DNA of 64,000 nt from an uncultured Planctomycetota bacterium (GTDB taxonomy: Bacteria; Planctomycetota; Phycisphaerae; Tepidisphaerales; Tepidisphaeraceae): NCBI GenBank assembly GCA_963841915.1, contig CAWJEN010000006.1, positions 1,088,001-1,152,000 on the forward strand, written 5' to 3'. The notes beneath the pieces were generated by a model. That model was not told the DNA's origin, did no database searches, and worked only from the letters and a program-made list of their open reading frames with translations. The translations under genes and the position numbers were made by a program. Below are positions 39,501 through 48,986 of the stretch, in pieces (within the stretch, counting starts at the first letter, position 1; each line of letters begins with the position of its first letter).

Positions 39501-41522
39501 GGGGAACCGGCTCAGCGTCGCAATCGCAGCTTCGGTGTCGCCGGTTCTGACCTGAATCTGGGCGAGCAGAAGGTTGAGATTGACATTCTCCGGATTGTCG
39601 CCGGCAATGATCTTGGCCAGGCGGAGCGCTTCGTCCTGGCGGTTCGTCGCAGCGGCAAGCCGCAGCTTGGCGAGCCGTTCGGCATCCGTCGTCTCGGGCA
39701 GGTCGGCGTACGCCTCGTCACGCGTGCCCTCCTCGGCTACGGCGGCGGCGAGCGTTTCGAGCTGACGCTGGACCGGCTCGGGTAGCGACGACATGATCGG
39801 CATTAGTCGCGCCAGCACATCCCGCGAGCGGCCGTCCTGGCCTGACACGCGGTACAGCTCTGCCAGTCGCAGCCCGTCGTTGACGTTGCCGCCCAAAGCA
39901 AAGGCACGGGCAAGGTGCTCGATCTCTCCTCCGGTCTGTCCGGCCTGACGATTCACGTCCGCCAGGAGGCGAAGCAATTCCAATTGCTGTGTGCGGCCGG
40001 CGTTGCCGGCTTGCTCGTAAGTCCTAAGCGCCCGCTCGAGCTGATCCAGCCCCTCGAACACGTCGCCGCGTGCGATGGCAAGTTGCCCCTCGACGCTCGT
40101 GACGGCGGGTGACGATCCCAACGACAAGGCGCGGGCGTTGTTCTCGTATGCGGCAAAGGCAGTCCGGGCCCGCGACAGCAGTTGCTGCTGGTTCTTCGCG
40201 TCGACATCGCCCTGCTGAGCCAAAGCCCGCCGCTCACGCAGCAAACTGTCGGCCAACTCCAAAGGCAACACGGCTCGGCGCGTCAGGACGGCCACGCCGT
40301 CGTGACCTTCTAGCCCCGGCAGCGGCTCTTTCGACACCTCGAACGCGTCGGCCAGCACCACGCTGGCCTTTTCGAACCGGTTGACCTGCCGAAGCATCTC
40401 GGACACTTGTGCCGCGGCAGACACGTCCCAAGGCCGCTCTTCGACGAGTGCTGTCAGGACCTCGATCGCCTGGTCTCGCTCGTTGCGACGAACAAGGGCG
40501 TCGGCGTAGATCTGGCGAACCTGGCCGTAGGTGCTGGTGAGCAGATCCCGCTCGCTATCTGTTGCGGCAACGGCCTTCTCGAGCTGCTCGATCGCCTTTT
40601 GCTTCAGGGGTTCGGAGGCCTTCAGGCCGGCATCACGGGCGGCGACAACGTCGACATCGACGCCTGCGTCGCGGGCTTGACGCGCGACCTTGCGCTGCTC
40701 AATCTCGTTGAGCAGGCTACCGGCCAATTCGTAAGCCAGACCGGCAGACATGTGCGCCGACGCGGTGTCGGTCGGCAGCCCTTCACGCGGCTCGGCGGTT
40801 TCTGCAGCAGCGGCGGCGGCGTCAACGGCCGACACGTAGGTCTGCAGCACACCGTCTACGTCCTCCTCGCTGATGCCGTCGGCCTGCAAGCGACGCGACA
40901 GGTCGCCCCGCAGTGCGGTCAGGGCCGTTCCGTCCAGCGGCTGCTGGGCGGAGATTGCCATCAACGTCTGTCGCGCTTGCTCGGCTTCTTCTTCGGAGAT
41001 GTTCTCGTTCGTCACGCCCGACAGGTCCAGCGTTGTCGCGGCGTAGAACGTGCCGGCCTCGGCGTCGCCGGGCTCGACTTCCAGCAGCACCTTGGCCGCT
41101 TCGCGGGCCTCCCGCGTCGGCCGCGTCAGTCGACCCGACAGGAACCCCGACTGCTTGTTGTAGTACCGAATCAGTGCCCGCAGGACCGCAGGTTCCTTGG
41201 GATCTTCCGACAGAATCCGCTGCAGCTGACCCTCTGCGTTGCGAAGATTTTCACGGCCTTTTTCCTCGTCGGCTGTCAGCCGCATCACGTTGTCGACCAC
41301 CTTCAGGCCGTACTCGCTGTTCTGCGTCGCGCGGAAAGCCTTGCCCCACTGGTCGGCCGCACGCTGCCACTCGCCGCTCTCTTCGGCCTCGACGGCTCGC
41401 GCGACGGCCCGCTCAGGGTTCTGAAGGTAGTACCGTGTTGCGAGGTAACCCACCAGCAGCGTCACCGCAATGACAACGGTGAGGGCGATCAGGAGGTTGG
41501 TATTGAGCCTTTTACGAGCCAT
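36528..41522 (-). CDS. Large membrane-anchored tetratricopeptide-repeat protein (PrsT-like, exosortase/EPS locus)
   Basis: N-terminal TM anchor, many TPR-like helices, NNLAY..DTLGW motif near the C-terminus, 1664 aa. Confidence 0.85.
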   Translation of the reverse strand: MARKRLNTNLLIALTVVIAVTLLVGYLATRYYLQNPERAVARAVEAEESGEWQRAADQWGKAFRATQNSEYGLKVVDNVMRLTADEEKGRENLRNAEGQLQRILSEDPKEPAVLRALIRYYNKQSGFLSGRLTRPTREAREAAKVLLEVEPGDAEAGTFYAATTLDLSGVTNENISEEEAEQARQTLMAISAQQPLDGTALTALRGDLSRRLQADGISEEDVDGVLQTYVSAVDAAAAAAETAEPREGLPTDTASAHMSAGLAYELAGSLLNEIEQRKVARQARDAGVDVDVVAARDAGLKASEPLKQKAIEQLEKAVAATDSERDLLTSTYGQVRQIYADALVRRNERDQAIEVLTALVEERPWDVSAAAQVSEMLRQVNRFEKASVVLADAFEVSKEPLPGLEGHDGVAVLTRRAVLPLELADSLLRERRALAQQGDVDAKNQQQLLSRARTAFAAYENNARALSLGSSPAVTSVEGQLAIARGDVFEGLDQLERALRTYEQAGNAGRTQQLELLRLLADVNRQAGQTGGEIEHLARAFALGGNVNDGLRLAELYRVSGQDGRSRDVLARLMPIMSSLPEPVQRQLETLAAAVAEEGTRDEAYADLPETTDAERLAKLRLAAATNRQDEALRLAKIIAGDNPENVNLNLLLAQIQVRTGDTEAAIATLSRFPDDESSQALLERLQRGTELTADDIADPVQRKLYEAQLAEQANDLEQAVSLARSAVDEATDPKLKTTVMEAVFGLLLKAERFDEADELADQLAKEGADGVDGQTYRIRTAMAKGDLDRATEQATSLAEKFPRMAQAQLLKTEVYRQVGRSGEAADSAAEALRLAPTDERTMIEAVAAFVAAGRVNEARQTIEQGLRQRPNSPRLLQIQENYQLQFGDPSAVLAKGRKEVQENADDPGAYQRLASSLAIAVNSAARSGNDAQATQYANEAVELLLETIEKFDSDSRYLRTLATVALKADEANRQAVDELFTKVMTPGDAQSLIGDAEAVQSAALFFANTGGVARAETAIREHIKAMPADTTRERRSFMLLALSQLLVEQGDTSQAIAVLDGFEDLPMVSARVVALLAARATEGDDEALAAMREAIKADTTPPTALTAAALAELRRGNAEEAVTILERSMDSSAAESASTLYLLAVAIGQTVEPDLDRAADLLERAARLAPGNYDALRNLARIRRQQGDREAAEVALRQILDGEPADVQARLALAQMQLAKSPPDFGEADRYFRGADGTSSQESPILLLSRARMEADRNRFDDAASYARRALEQSLAMRQEIVQRIQAGGAQPGGAETLAANTPVYLNGYLDLLLRADRVNEALREVRIWGDRLAGDEGTLPWWLQAKEAEALARAGRTRDATQAYTRAYEAAAAANAGTAQLERVVLDMGRRVGVQEAYVLLKDRVEPTGGEPVDPVAAVTASRLYQQAGDTTRALDLLNQVRQALVSAGTMNDQRELVLNVQEGTLHLNSEPPQLEAALANFRRARELLPDDVAVNNNLAYTLTLLGREPDQSDEAAIRRLEEAVERGRQAVDGAEAAASRSGGGTNPSVVDTLGWAEASLAMKTDDADLLADAARLLRGARDDAERDGEAFPEVYLHLALTLEAAGDLEPALEAAEVGLEVVRRLEADEMSTRQVDLSVRRQLGDAIGRLKATMPPADAQE

Positions 41523-41702
41523 GTGGCGGAGCGAACAGTGGTGGCGGACGGACGGGAGCGGTGGTGGCTAGCAAGCAGACGCAGCAGGCAGAGGCCGGTG
41601 AGCGGCCGACGCCGGTCATACCGACGGTGCAGCGAGTCAGGATGATAACGGTAGAGCAGGCGCTTGCGCGCCTGGCACCTCGTCCTCCCGCCACACGAAA
41701 GC

Positions 41703-42569
41703 CTACTCGACAGGTTTGGCATCGGCCATAACAGCCTGCCAATCCGGAAGAATCGCCTCGATCTCGGGCAGTGCTTCGCTCAAGAAACGCGTCATCGCTT
41801 CCCCAGCCTCGGCGTCGGGCGTCAGCCCGCTCGGGCCGGTGCTGCTGATCTCGATCTTGGCAAAGTAGGCGTGCGTCTCGAACAGGTTCTGCAGCCGCTT
41901 ACGAACACCCGTGATGGCATCGTGCTCGTAATCGCCGTTGACGTGGAAGAAGTAAGCGACGCGATTCACCGACCGGTTGGCACCCTCACGCGGATCTTCA
42001 AAGGCGGCGAAGCTGACCGGCAGCCCCTCGGCCGCAATGTCCGGCGACGTCCCGGCAGGCAAAGGCAGCACAACCGTCTCGCGACGGCTCATCTCGAAGC
42101 CGGCCCCGAGCATGCAGCGATCCGGAATGTGAGGCACCGTGTCGACGCTACCCGTGTAGTACGCGACGTGCAGCGACACCCGCGCGAACGGGTCGTTCGT
42201 CAGCGCGCTGTTGGCGACGCTGTTGATGAGCTCCTCGCTCTTGACGTCTGCCGCCTCGTAAGCTTCGCGGATGTCGTCGTCGGCCTTGGCAATATCGATA
42301 TAAGTCCGCTGGATGTACATCGTCGTGCCGAGTTCGTCCTCGACCTCGGCGGGCAGCTTCTGCTCGACGACGCTGACCCAGCTGCCGATCCGCGTCGGGA
42401 TCGACTGGATCGAGCTTCGCGGCTGGACAGCGTCCTTGCGGAAGTTGAGCTTCAGGAACGACGCCGATGCGTTGAGTCCGATCGCTGCGACGGCGATGAT
42501 GGTCGCGACGATGACCAGGGCCCGCATCTGACTGCGGCGGGTGACGGAGTTTGCATTTTCTTCAAGCAC
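41703..42569 (-). CDS. epsI: Exosortase-associated EpsI family protein
   Basis: TM anchor, IPTRIGSW, LGT..YI.R.Y, YYTG..DTVPHIPDRC..GAG and YFFHVNG. Directly downstream of exosortase. Start is GTG 42569 or ATG 42527. Confidence 0.8.
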   Translation of the reverse strand: MLEENANSVTRRSQMRALVIVATIIAVAAIGLNASASFLKLNFRKDAVQPRSSIQSIPTRIGSWVSVVEQKLPAEVEDELGTTMYIQRTYIDIAKADDDIREAYEAADVKSEELINSVANSALTNDPFARVSLHVAYYTGSVDTVPHIPDRCMLGAGFEMSRRETVVLPLPAGTSPDIAAEGLPVSFAAFEDPREGANRSVNRVAYFFHVNGDYEHDAITGVRKRLQNLFETHAYFAKIEISSTGPSGLTPDAEAGEAMTRFLSEALPEIEAILPDWQAVMADAKPVE

Positions 42570-43929
42570 CTGAGGGCTCCAGTCGGCTGGCGGAGGATTG
42601 TTGCGGCGACGTCGGGGGCTCGTCCTCGTCGTCGATCTCGACGAACAAGTTGTCGACCACCCAAACCACGGCCAACAGCAGGAAGAACGCAGGCACGAGC
42701 ATGACCAGGCCTGCAAAGCCGTGGGCAAATCCCTGACTCATCTGTTCGCTGACGTAGACATCGAGCAACCCTTGCCCGCTGACGCGAAGCACGTTCATGC
42801 CGATCGCGATCGGGACGGCCGAGGCGACGATGATGAGCCGCTGCCAGAGCGGCCGTTGACCGAACAGGAACGCGACGGCACCGCCTGCGGTGAGGAAGGT
42901 CATGAGCGACCGCATTCCTGCACAGGCGGTGGCGACGTTGAGGATCCGCTCGCTGCCGTCGTTGCGGGAGATGATGATCTGCGTGCCTTCGACGTAAGTG
43001 TCGACCTGGGCGAGGTTCATCGTGACCACCGCCACCCGGGCGGCCAGGTACTGCAGCGGCATGGCGATCTTCGTGTAGACCAGTTCCGGCCACGGGATCG
43101 CAAAGACGAGGAATGCGATCGGGAACCAGACGATCCGCATGACCGGCCACCCGGTGAGCGTCAGGACGGCCCCAAAGGTCGCCAGGATCATGCCCAGGTC
43201 CTTGAGGTAGTCGTTCTGTCCCGGCCAGATGCCGTAGCCGCTGAGGAGCACGCCGGCGACGAGACAGCCGATGCCCCAGTCGAGGAGGATCGCCAGCACG
43301 CCCAGGCCAGCGACGGCAGTCATGAGCGGGCCGAAGTAGCCGGCCATGGTCGAGCCGATGAAGCTTTCAACGGCCCCGGTCTGCGTCAGGAACATGCCCA
43401 GCAACCCGGCAACGACGAACAGGCCACCGCCGAGGAGGCGTGTACGGCCGACCGTGCGTGCACCTTCGGAGGCGGCGGTGACCACGACATCGACCATCGC
43501 CAGAGCGAAGAACGTGCCGGCCGCCGGTAGCAGGTAGGGTAAGAGCGTCGACGCATCACCGGCGGCACGGCTGAACAACCACGTTGCCGCTGCAACGAAA
43601 CCGAATGTCACGCCCGCACCGAGCAGCCACGGCATCCGACTCCGCGGCAGCAACGGAGACGTCGGCGTCGACAACAAGTCTGCCCGACGCAGCCACAGGT
43701 ACGCGATGCCGATTACCGGCACGAGTACCGAGTGCGACCAGTTGGCCGCGTCCTGGCCGTAGATCGGATTCGTCTTCGACCAGATGCGGTACAGGTTCCG
43801 CCAGTACAGCAGCACCATCAGCCCACCGATCAGGGCGATGGCAACCATCGCGTATTGGCTCAGCTCCATCCGTCGCTTGCTTAGCGGCGACGCGTAAGCG
43901 GGTTCTCGTGGGGTCGGTGCGTTGGTCAC
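42562..43929 (-). CDS. Exosortase
   Basis: Polytopic membrane protein with FAIPWP..PLQ, catalytic Cys in VATACAGMRSL, Arg in NVLRV and His in AHGFAG. Confidence 0.92.
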   Translation of the reverse strand: MTNAPTPREPAYASPLSKRRMELSQYAMVAIALIGGLMVLLYWRNLYRIWSKTNPIYGQDAANWSHSVLVPVIGIAYLWLRRADLLSTPTSPLLPRSRMPWLLGAGVTFGFVAAATWLFSRAAGDASTLLPYLLPAAGTFFALAMVDVVVTAASEGARTVGRTRLLGGGLFVVAGLLGMFLTQTGAVESFIGSTMAGYFGPLMTAVAGLGVLAILLDWGIGCLVAGVLLSGYGIWPGQNDYLKDLGMILATFGAVLTLTGWPVMRIVWFPIAFLVFAIPWPELVYTKIAMPLQYLAARVAVVTMNLAQVDTYVEGTQIIISRNDGSERILNVATACAGMRSLMTFLTAGGAVAFLFGQRPLWQRLIIVASAVPIAIGMNVLRVSGQGLLDVYVSEQMSQGFAHGFAGLVMLVPAFFLLLAVVWVVDNLFVEIDDEDEPPTSPQQSSASRLEPSGA

Positions 43930-44073
43930 AGTTGCATGTTCCTCGCTCTGGGGCGACCACTCGCCGACGTCGGCCTTGTTCGCGTCTTACCTAGATCGAC
44001 AGTCGGGACACTGACTTTACCACGCCGTCGGCTTCCTCCTAACGCTTCTCGAGGCGTTGGGGTTCGCCACCCC

Positions 44074-44958
44074 TCACGACAAGAGGCCCAGCAACGCCAA
44101 CGCGTCCCGCTCGACGATGCCCCGCAGGGCCGGCCGCGGCACGGTCGGCAGGCTCGTGCCCTGCGTCAGCAGATTGATTGAAAAGAGGGCTTCAATCGTG
44201 TCAGCCGCGTTGGCGTACGGAAAGTCGCTGCCGAACAGGAGCTTATCGATAACGCCGTGCTCGTGGGCGCAGACAAGGGCGTTGTACGCCTGCCAAGGCC
44301 GGGCGAGCATGCCGCTGATATCGGACCAGACCCGCGGGTGCTTGGCCAGCAGCATGCACGTCTCTGCGGCCCACGGGTGGCCCATCTTGCTGATAATGAT
44401 GTGCAGGTTTGGAAATGTGCGGGCGATTTCGTCGATCAGCGTCGGCCGTGCGTATTCGAGCTGCGACCGCTCGGCGAGGTGCCCGCCTATGTGGAAGAGC
44501 ACCGGCATCTGTCGCGACTCGGCCTCGCCGTACAAAGCCATCGCCCGCGAGTCGGCCGGGTGGTAGGCACTGTTGCTCGGCGACACCACGACGCCACACA
44601 AGCCGAGTTCGTCGTTGCACCGACGAAGTTCCTGCACGCCTTTGCCGCTCGTCGGATCGATGCCTGCAAAGCCGAGCAGCTTTTCCGGGTGGCGGTCGAC
44701 GTAGTGGGCAACGAAGTCGTTGGGTACCTCTGCCCGGAGCAGCCGACTTGCAAAGCCGAGCACGATTGCCCGGTCGACGGGCCTCGACGCCTGCCAGTGC
44801 AGCTCGGTATCGGCCGGTGGGATGCGACGGAAGACGGTCCGCGTCCTGCCGCCCCGCTTACCGGCCTGGCGAGCCGTCTCCGCCGTCGGATCGCCCAGAT
44901 CAGCCTGACCCAACTGGTCAGGAGTTTCCCAAACGTGGGTGTGAACGTCAATCGTCAT
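44074..44958 (-). CDS. Amidohydrolase family protein (Amidohydro_2)
   Basis: IDVHTH, GFAGIDP, PVLFH and KLLFGSDFP. Confidence 0.88.
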   Translation of the reverse strand: MTIDVHTHVWETPDQLGQADLGDPTAETARQAGKRGGRTRTVFRRIPPADTELHWQASRPVDRAIVLGFASRLLRAEVPNDFVAHYVDRHPEKLLGFAGIDPTSGKGVQELRRCNDELGLCGVVVSPSNSAYHPADSRAMALYGEAESRQMPVLFHIGGHLAERSQLEYARPTLIDEIARTFPNLHIIISKMGHPWAAETCMLLAKHPRVWSDISGMLARPWQAYNALVCAHEHGVIDKLLFGSDFPYANAADTIEALFSINLLTQGTSLPTVPRPALRGIVERDALALLGLLS

Positions 44959-45123
44959 GCGGCAGATGCACGGTAGAGCGGCCGGAGTCGGAGGAACGCA
45001 AAGGAACGAAGAGGCGAAGGATCGCGAAGAAGGGAGCGAGAAGTGGTGACGGAACGATTCGCTCCTCAAGCGCTTACTTGATTCTGCTCCTCTGCCGTTG
45101 GCGTCTTCGCGTTCCTCTGGAGC

Positions 45124-45900
45124 TCACCCCAGCACGCCGAAGTGCGTTAAACCTTCGACTACACCGGCCGCGACGGTCTGTTTGGCGAGATAGACGCTGG
45201 AGGCCCGTTCGGGGGCTTGTCGTTTGAGTTCGTCGTGGCCGTTACCGACGACAATGCCTCGAAACGGGTCGGCGAACATATCGAGGTCGTTGGCGCTGTC
45301 GCCGCTGACGAGGACGCATTCGCTGGCGAGACACTGGTGGCCCACGAGCCAGCGGATCGCCGCCGCCTTACCGGCCGCGGGTGGGAGCACGTCAAGGTCC
45401 TTGCCGCTGCTGACAACGATTTTGCACGCAACGCCGCGGCTTTGCAGTTCGCCCTCGACAGCCATCGCCACGCTCGGATCGGACAGATCAAAGCTCGCCT
45501 TGAACGGCGTCTGCATGTCGTCGGCGTGCGGGATGAGCTTGAACGTCTCGAGGCATACGGCCATGACCTCGTCCCGCGGCCAGTCGCCGAACTGCTCGCG
45601 GCCGTAGTCGGCGATGATTTCGCCCGTCTCGCCGTCGGCGACCTGCGTACCCATCGCCCCGATCTGGAACTGCGGCGTCGGCAGGCCTCTTACAAGCTTG
45701 AGCGACTCCCGCTGACTTGCGACGGGCCGCGAGGAATTGAACCAAAGCCGCAGCCGATCGCCCGCCCCTTCGAGCCGCCTGGCAAAGTCGGCAAGCTTCG
45801 GATCGGCCCCCGTGCTGCGAAAGCCGTGGTCGATCAGCGTCCCGTCGAGATCGCTGGCGAGGACGAACTTTTCAATGTCGGCGTAGGCGTCGGACGGCAT
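45124..45900 (-). CDS. HAD-IIB family hydrolase (sucrose-phosphate phosphatase-like)
   Basis: ASDLDGTL, SSR, Q.PFKASF, LDVLP..AGKAAA and SGDSANDLDM. Confidence 0.87.
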   Translation of the reverse strand: MPSDAYADIEKFVLASDLDGTLIDHGFRSTGADPKLADFARRLEGAGDRLRLWFNSSRPVASQRESLKLVRGLPTPQFQIGAMGTQVADGETGEIIADYGREQFGDWPRDEVMAVCLETFKLIPHADDMQTPFKASFDLSDPSVAMAVEGELQSRGVACKIVVSSGKDLDVLPPAAGKAAAIRWLVGHQCLASECVLVSGDSANDLDMFADPFRGIVVGNGHDELKRQAPERASSVYLAKQTVAAGVVEGLTHFGVLG

Positions 45901-45925
45901 GGCCAAGTCTACCGGCCCGGCACTG

Positions 45926-47239
45926 CTACAGGTTCTGCGGCAACATGCGGAACTGGACGGGCATCTTCTCCAAGGGCTCCTTCGTCCAAGGGCTGAAGCT
46001 GATCGCGTCGTTCTTCGTGTGATCCTTCGTGATGTTCACCGGCCAGTAGTGCAACTCATCTGATCCGTCGCGGCCTTTGCCTTTGATAATGATCGACGCC
46101 TGCATCGAACTGGCGTCACTCCAGTAGAACCCGTCACGCCAGAACGTCCATTTCGATTCACGGTCCCATTCGCTTGATGGAATCCGCACTTCGACGATGT
46201 CATCGTCGGCGTGTTCTGCGAGCCATGCTTCTTCGGCCTTCTCTTTCAGCATCTCCGCCTCTGAGCCTCTGAAAAGATCCTTGGGGCCGCGGTTTGCAGT
46301 GATGATCTCGCTCTCGAGCTTCTGCCCCGCCTCGATGATCTCCGCCTCAAGCTGCTTGGCCTCGGCGACCATCGGCTTGGCTTGATCGGGATCGATGAGG
46401 TGAGCGAGCCAGATACGGTTCTTGGCGTTGCTGAGCTGAAACCGCACGCCTCCGTCCTCGGCGAAGACCATCGGCTTGCGATTCTCGACCGCCTCCTGCA
46501 TCATCTCGCGGGCAAACTGCAAGTCGCCCTTGGCCGATTCGAGAATCTGCGGCAATGCCGCCTGGGCGTCGACGGGCACCTCGGCCAGCCGACGCTTAGC
46601 CGAATCAAGCTCGTTGCCGATGCGGGCGGTATCTGCGTTACGCTGCTGGAGGAAGTCAGCGTATTTCGCCTCAAAATCCTGCACCTCCTTCATCGCCGGA
46701 CGCCAATCCTTGAGCAGTTCAGCCGCCTCCTTGGCGTTTCCGGGGATCAGGGCTTCGAACGGGCCGAACTGGCTGGCAATGTCGCTGATCCGCTCGACGT
46801 CTTTGGAAATCGCCTCCTGCCCGCCCATCGCATCGACGGCTGCCTTGGCACCCTCGAGCTGAGCCTTGGCAGCAGCGTTGTACTCGTTGAACTTCGGGGC
46901 AAGCTCGTTGATCTTGGCCCGCAACGTGTTCGCTTCTTCGTCGTCAGCGGGCAGCTTTTCAAGCTCCGTCACCGCCTTGTTGTACGCCGCAAGCGCAGCA
47001 TTGGAAGCAATGTTGAAGTCGTTGACCCGCTTGTCGCCGACCTGTGTTCCCAAGCCTTTCCACTCCGATAGGTAATACTCCATCCGAGTGATCTGACTCT
47101 CGACTTCGATCACGGCGTTTCGACTGGTCCGCAAGGCCGCACGCTCCGCGCCCGTCAGCGGTGCTCCAGCTGCCGGCAACGCCAGGGTCAGGATCAAAGT
47201 GCAGGAACACACGACGGCAGCAATGCTGATTTGGATCAT
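45926..47239 (-). CDS. Secreted hypothetical protein (helical/coiled-coil)
   Basis: 437-aa ORF with an N-terminal signal peptide (..LALPAAGA) and an aromatic C-terminal domain (W.RESKWTFW..FYW). Confidence 0.75.
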   Translation of the reverse strand: MIQISIAAVVCSCTLILTLALPAAGAPLTGAERAALRTSRNAVIEVESQITRMEYYLSEWKGLGTQVGDKRVNDFNIASNAALAAYNKAVTELEKLPADDEEANTLRAKINELAPKFNEYNAAAKAQLEGAKAAVDAMGGQEAISKDVERISDIASQFGPFEALIPGNAKEAAELLKDWRPAMKEVQDFEAKYADFLQQRNADTARIGNELDSAKRRLAEVPVDAQAALPQILESAKGDLQFAREMMQEAVENRKPMVFAEDGGVRFQLSNAKNRIWLAHLIDPDQAKPMVAEAKQLEAEIIEAGQKLESEIITANRGPKDLFRGSEAEMLKEKAEEAWLAEHADDDIVEVRIPSSEWDRESKWTFWRDGFYWSDASSMQASIIIKGKGRDGSDELHYWPVNITKDHTKNDAISFSPWTKEPLEKMPVQFRMLPQNL

Positions 47240-47317
47240 CTATTCTCCGAGTTCGACTCTTGGGGATACAGCTCACCCTACCGCAAATTGCTGTCAAGTG
47301 TCACGCGTTGTGCGCCC

Positions 47318-48256
47318 CTAGGCCGGCCGCTCGAATAAAGCTTCAACGAATCGTGCCGGATCGAACGATTCTACGTCCTGTGGGGTTTCGCCCAGACCGA
47401 TGAACTTCACCGGGATGTCGAGCTCGTCGCGAATGGCGACAACCACGCCGCCCTTGGCCGTGCCGTCGAGCTTGGCCAGGAACAGGCCGCTGACGTCGAC
47501 TTCCTTCTTGAAGTGCTTGGCCTGATTCACCGCGTTCTGACCCGTTGTCGCGTCGAGAACGAGGATCGTTTCATGCGGGGCACCTTCGATCTTGCCCGCG
47601 ATGACCTTGCGGATCTTGCCTAGTTCACGCATGAGCCCTTGCTGCGTGTGCAACCGACCGGCCGTGTCGACGACGAGCACATCGACGCCACGTGCCACAG
47701 CCGCGTCGCAGGCGTCATAAGCGACGGCCGCCGGGTCGACGCCCTGCTTTTGTTTGATGATTTCGACGCCCAATCGATCCGCCCACGTCGACAACTGCTC
47801 GACCGCCGCCGCCCGGAACGTGTCGCCGGCCGCGAGCATGACGCGCTTGCCCATCTGCTCCTTGAGCACCCACGCGAGCTTGGCGATCGACGTCGTTTTA
47901 CCCGCACCGTTGACGCCGCACACCATGATGACGGTCGGCCCGCTCTTGGCCCACTTGATCTCACGGTCGCTCGCGTCGGCCCAGCCGGCGAGCATCTCTT
48001 CCTTGACCACGCCGGCCGCCTGCTCGGCGTTCTTGATCTTGCCCAGACGCCAGCGGTCGTGAACGGCGTCGCGGATCGCCATTGCCCGCCTGACGCCCGT
48101 GTCGGCGGCGATGAGCTTTTCCTCCAGCTCGTCGAGGAACGTCTGATCAATCTGCCGACCCGGCACAAACAGCGTCCGAACGTCCGTGTTCAGGACGGCG
48201 GCGGTCTTTTTGAGAGCCCCTTTGAGGCGATCGAGGTTTTTGGCGAAGAAAGCCAC
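47318..48256 (-). CDS. ftsY: Signal recognition particle receptor FtsY
   Basis: GVNGAGKTTSIAKLA, DTFRAAAVEQL, DTAGRLH, DATTGQN and KLDGTAKGG. GTG start at 48256. Confidence 0.95.
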   Translation of the reverse strand: MAFFAKNLDRLKGALKKTAAVLNTDVRTLFVPGRQIDQTFLDELEEKLIAADTGVRRAMAIRDAVHDRWRLGKIKNAEQAAGVVKEEMLAGWADASDREIKWAKSGPTVIMVCGVNGAGKTTSIAKLAWVLKEQMGKRVMLAAGDTFRAAAVEQLSTWADRLGVEIIKQKQGVDPAAVAYDACDAAVARGVDVLVVDTAGRLHTQQGLMRELGKIRKVIAGKIEGAPHETILVLDATTGQNAVNQAKHFKKEVDVSGLFLAKLDGTAKGGVVVAIRDELDIPVKFIGLGETPQDVESFDPARFVEALFERPA

Positions 48257-48278
48257 GGGCCGGCACGGTAGCCGCGTC

Positions 48279-48950
48279 TCAACGGCGTCGACGGACCAGC
48301 AGCCCACCGACAAGCAAAGCTGTGCCCGCCAGTGTCGGTTCGGGCAGCGGCGTGCCGACGGCCCGCACGAGGTTGTTTCCCGCCAAACCGCCGAATACCG
48401 ATGGGTCACCGATCGCAAGGCTCGCCGGTAAGGCTTCCAGGTTGTTCAGGTCTGTTTCGCCCTCAGGCCCAAAGAAAATGTACCCGTTTCCAATCGTCCC
48501 GCCGTCTCTGCGAGCCGGTGCGTCACTGAGTGGAGACAAGCCGTCAATCCCACTGATGAAGGCGGCGACAAAGAAACTACCGCTGACGATCGCGTCGTCG
48601 CTCATCGAGTAGCTCGTAAAGACGTCCGGTCCGGCGGCGTTGGCATTGCTCAAGCCCGTCAGGCCGCTCGCCTGGCCTACCAGTGATAAGGCCGTTGGCG
48701 TGCCATCGTTGTCGAGATCGTCGTAAACCAGAAGCTCCACCGGCCGCCCCTGGGCAACACGCCCGAATGCGACGCTGACTTCAACGATCACCATCGGCTC
48801 GTCTGTCGTGAAGAAATTGCCCCAGATGAAGTCGGTGTCGTTGAAACTCGGGCCTGTGTTGAAGTTGCCCGACCCGTCATCAGCGACGAAGTCGAACCCT
48901 GCGACAGGCGAGCCGGCGAGAAGCAACACAAGCAGGTAAGGCATCTTCAT
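48279..48950 (-). CDS. PEP-CTERM sorting-domain secreted protein
   Basis: Signal peptide, acidic body and C-terminal LPEPT-hydrophobic-RRRR. Confidence 0.82.
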   Translation of the reverse strand: MKMPYLLVLLLAGSPVAGFDFVADDGSGNFNTGPSFNDTDFIWGNFFTTDEPMVIVEVSVAFGRVAQGRPVELLVYDDLDNDGTPTALSLVGQASGLTGLSNANAAGPDVFTSYSMSDDAIVSGSFFVAAFISGIDGLSPLSDAPARRDGGTIGNGYIFFGPEGETDLNNLEALPASLAIGDPSVFGGLAGNNLVRAVGTPLPEPTLAGTALLVGGLLVRRRR

Positions 48951-48986
48951 GGCCGCACCCTATTCGCAGACAGGAGTGGCTGGCAA

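Noticed and set aside
44985..45120. Purine-rich then pyrimidine-rich imperfect inverted repeat between the HAD and amidohydrolase genes
   Set aside because: Pairing is loose. It may be a degenerate REP-like element, but I could not define its ends or support an ncRNA call.
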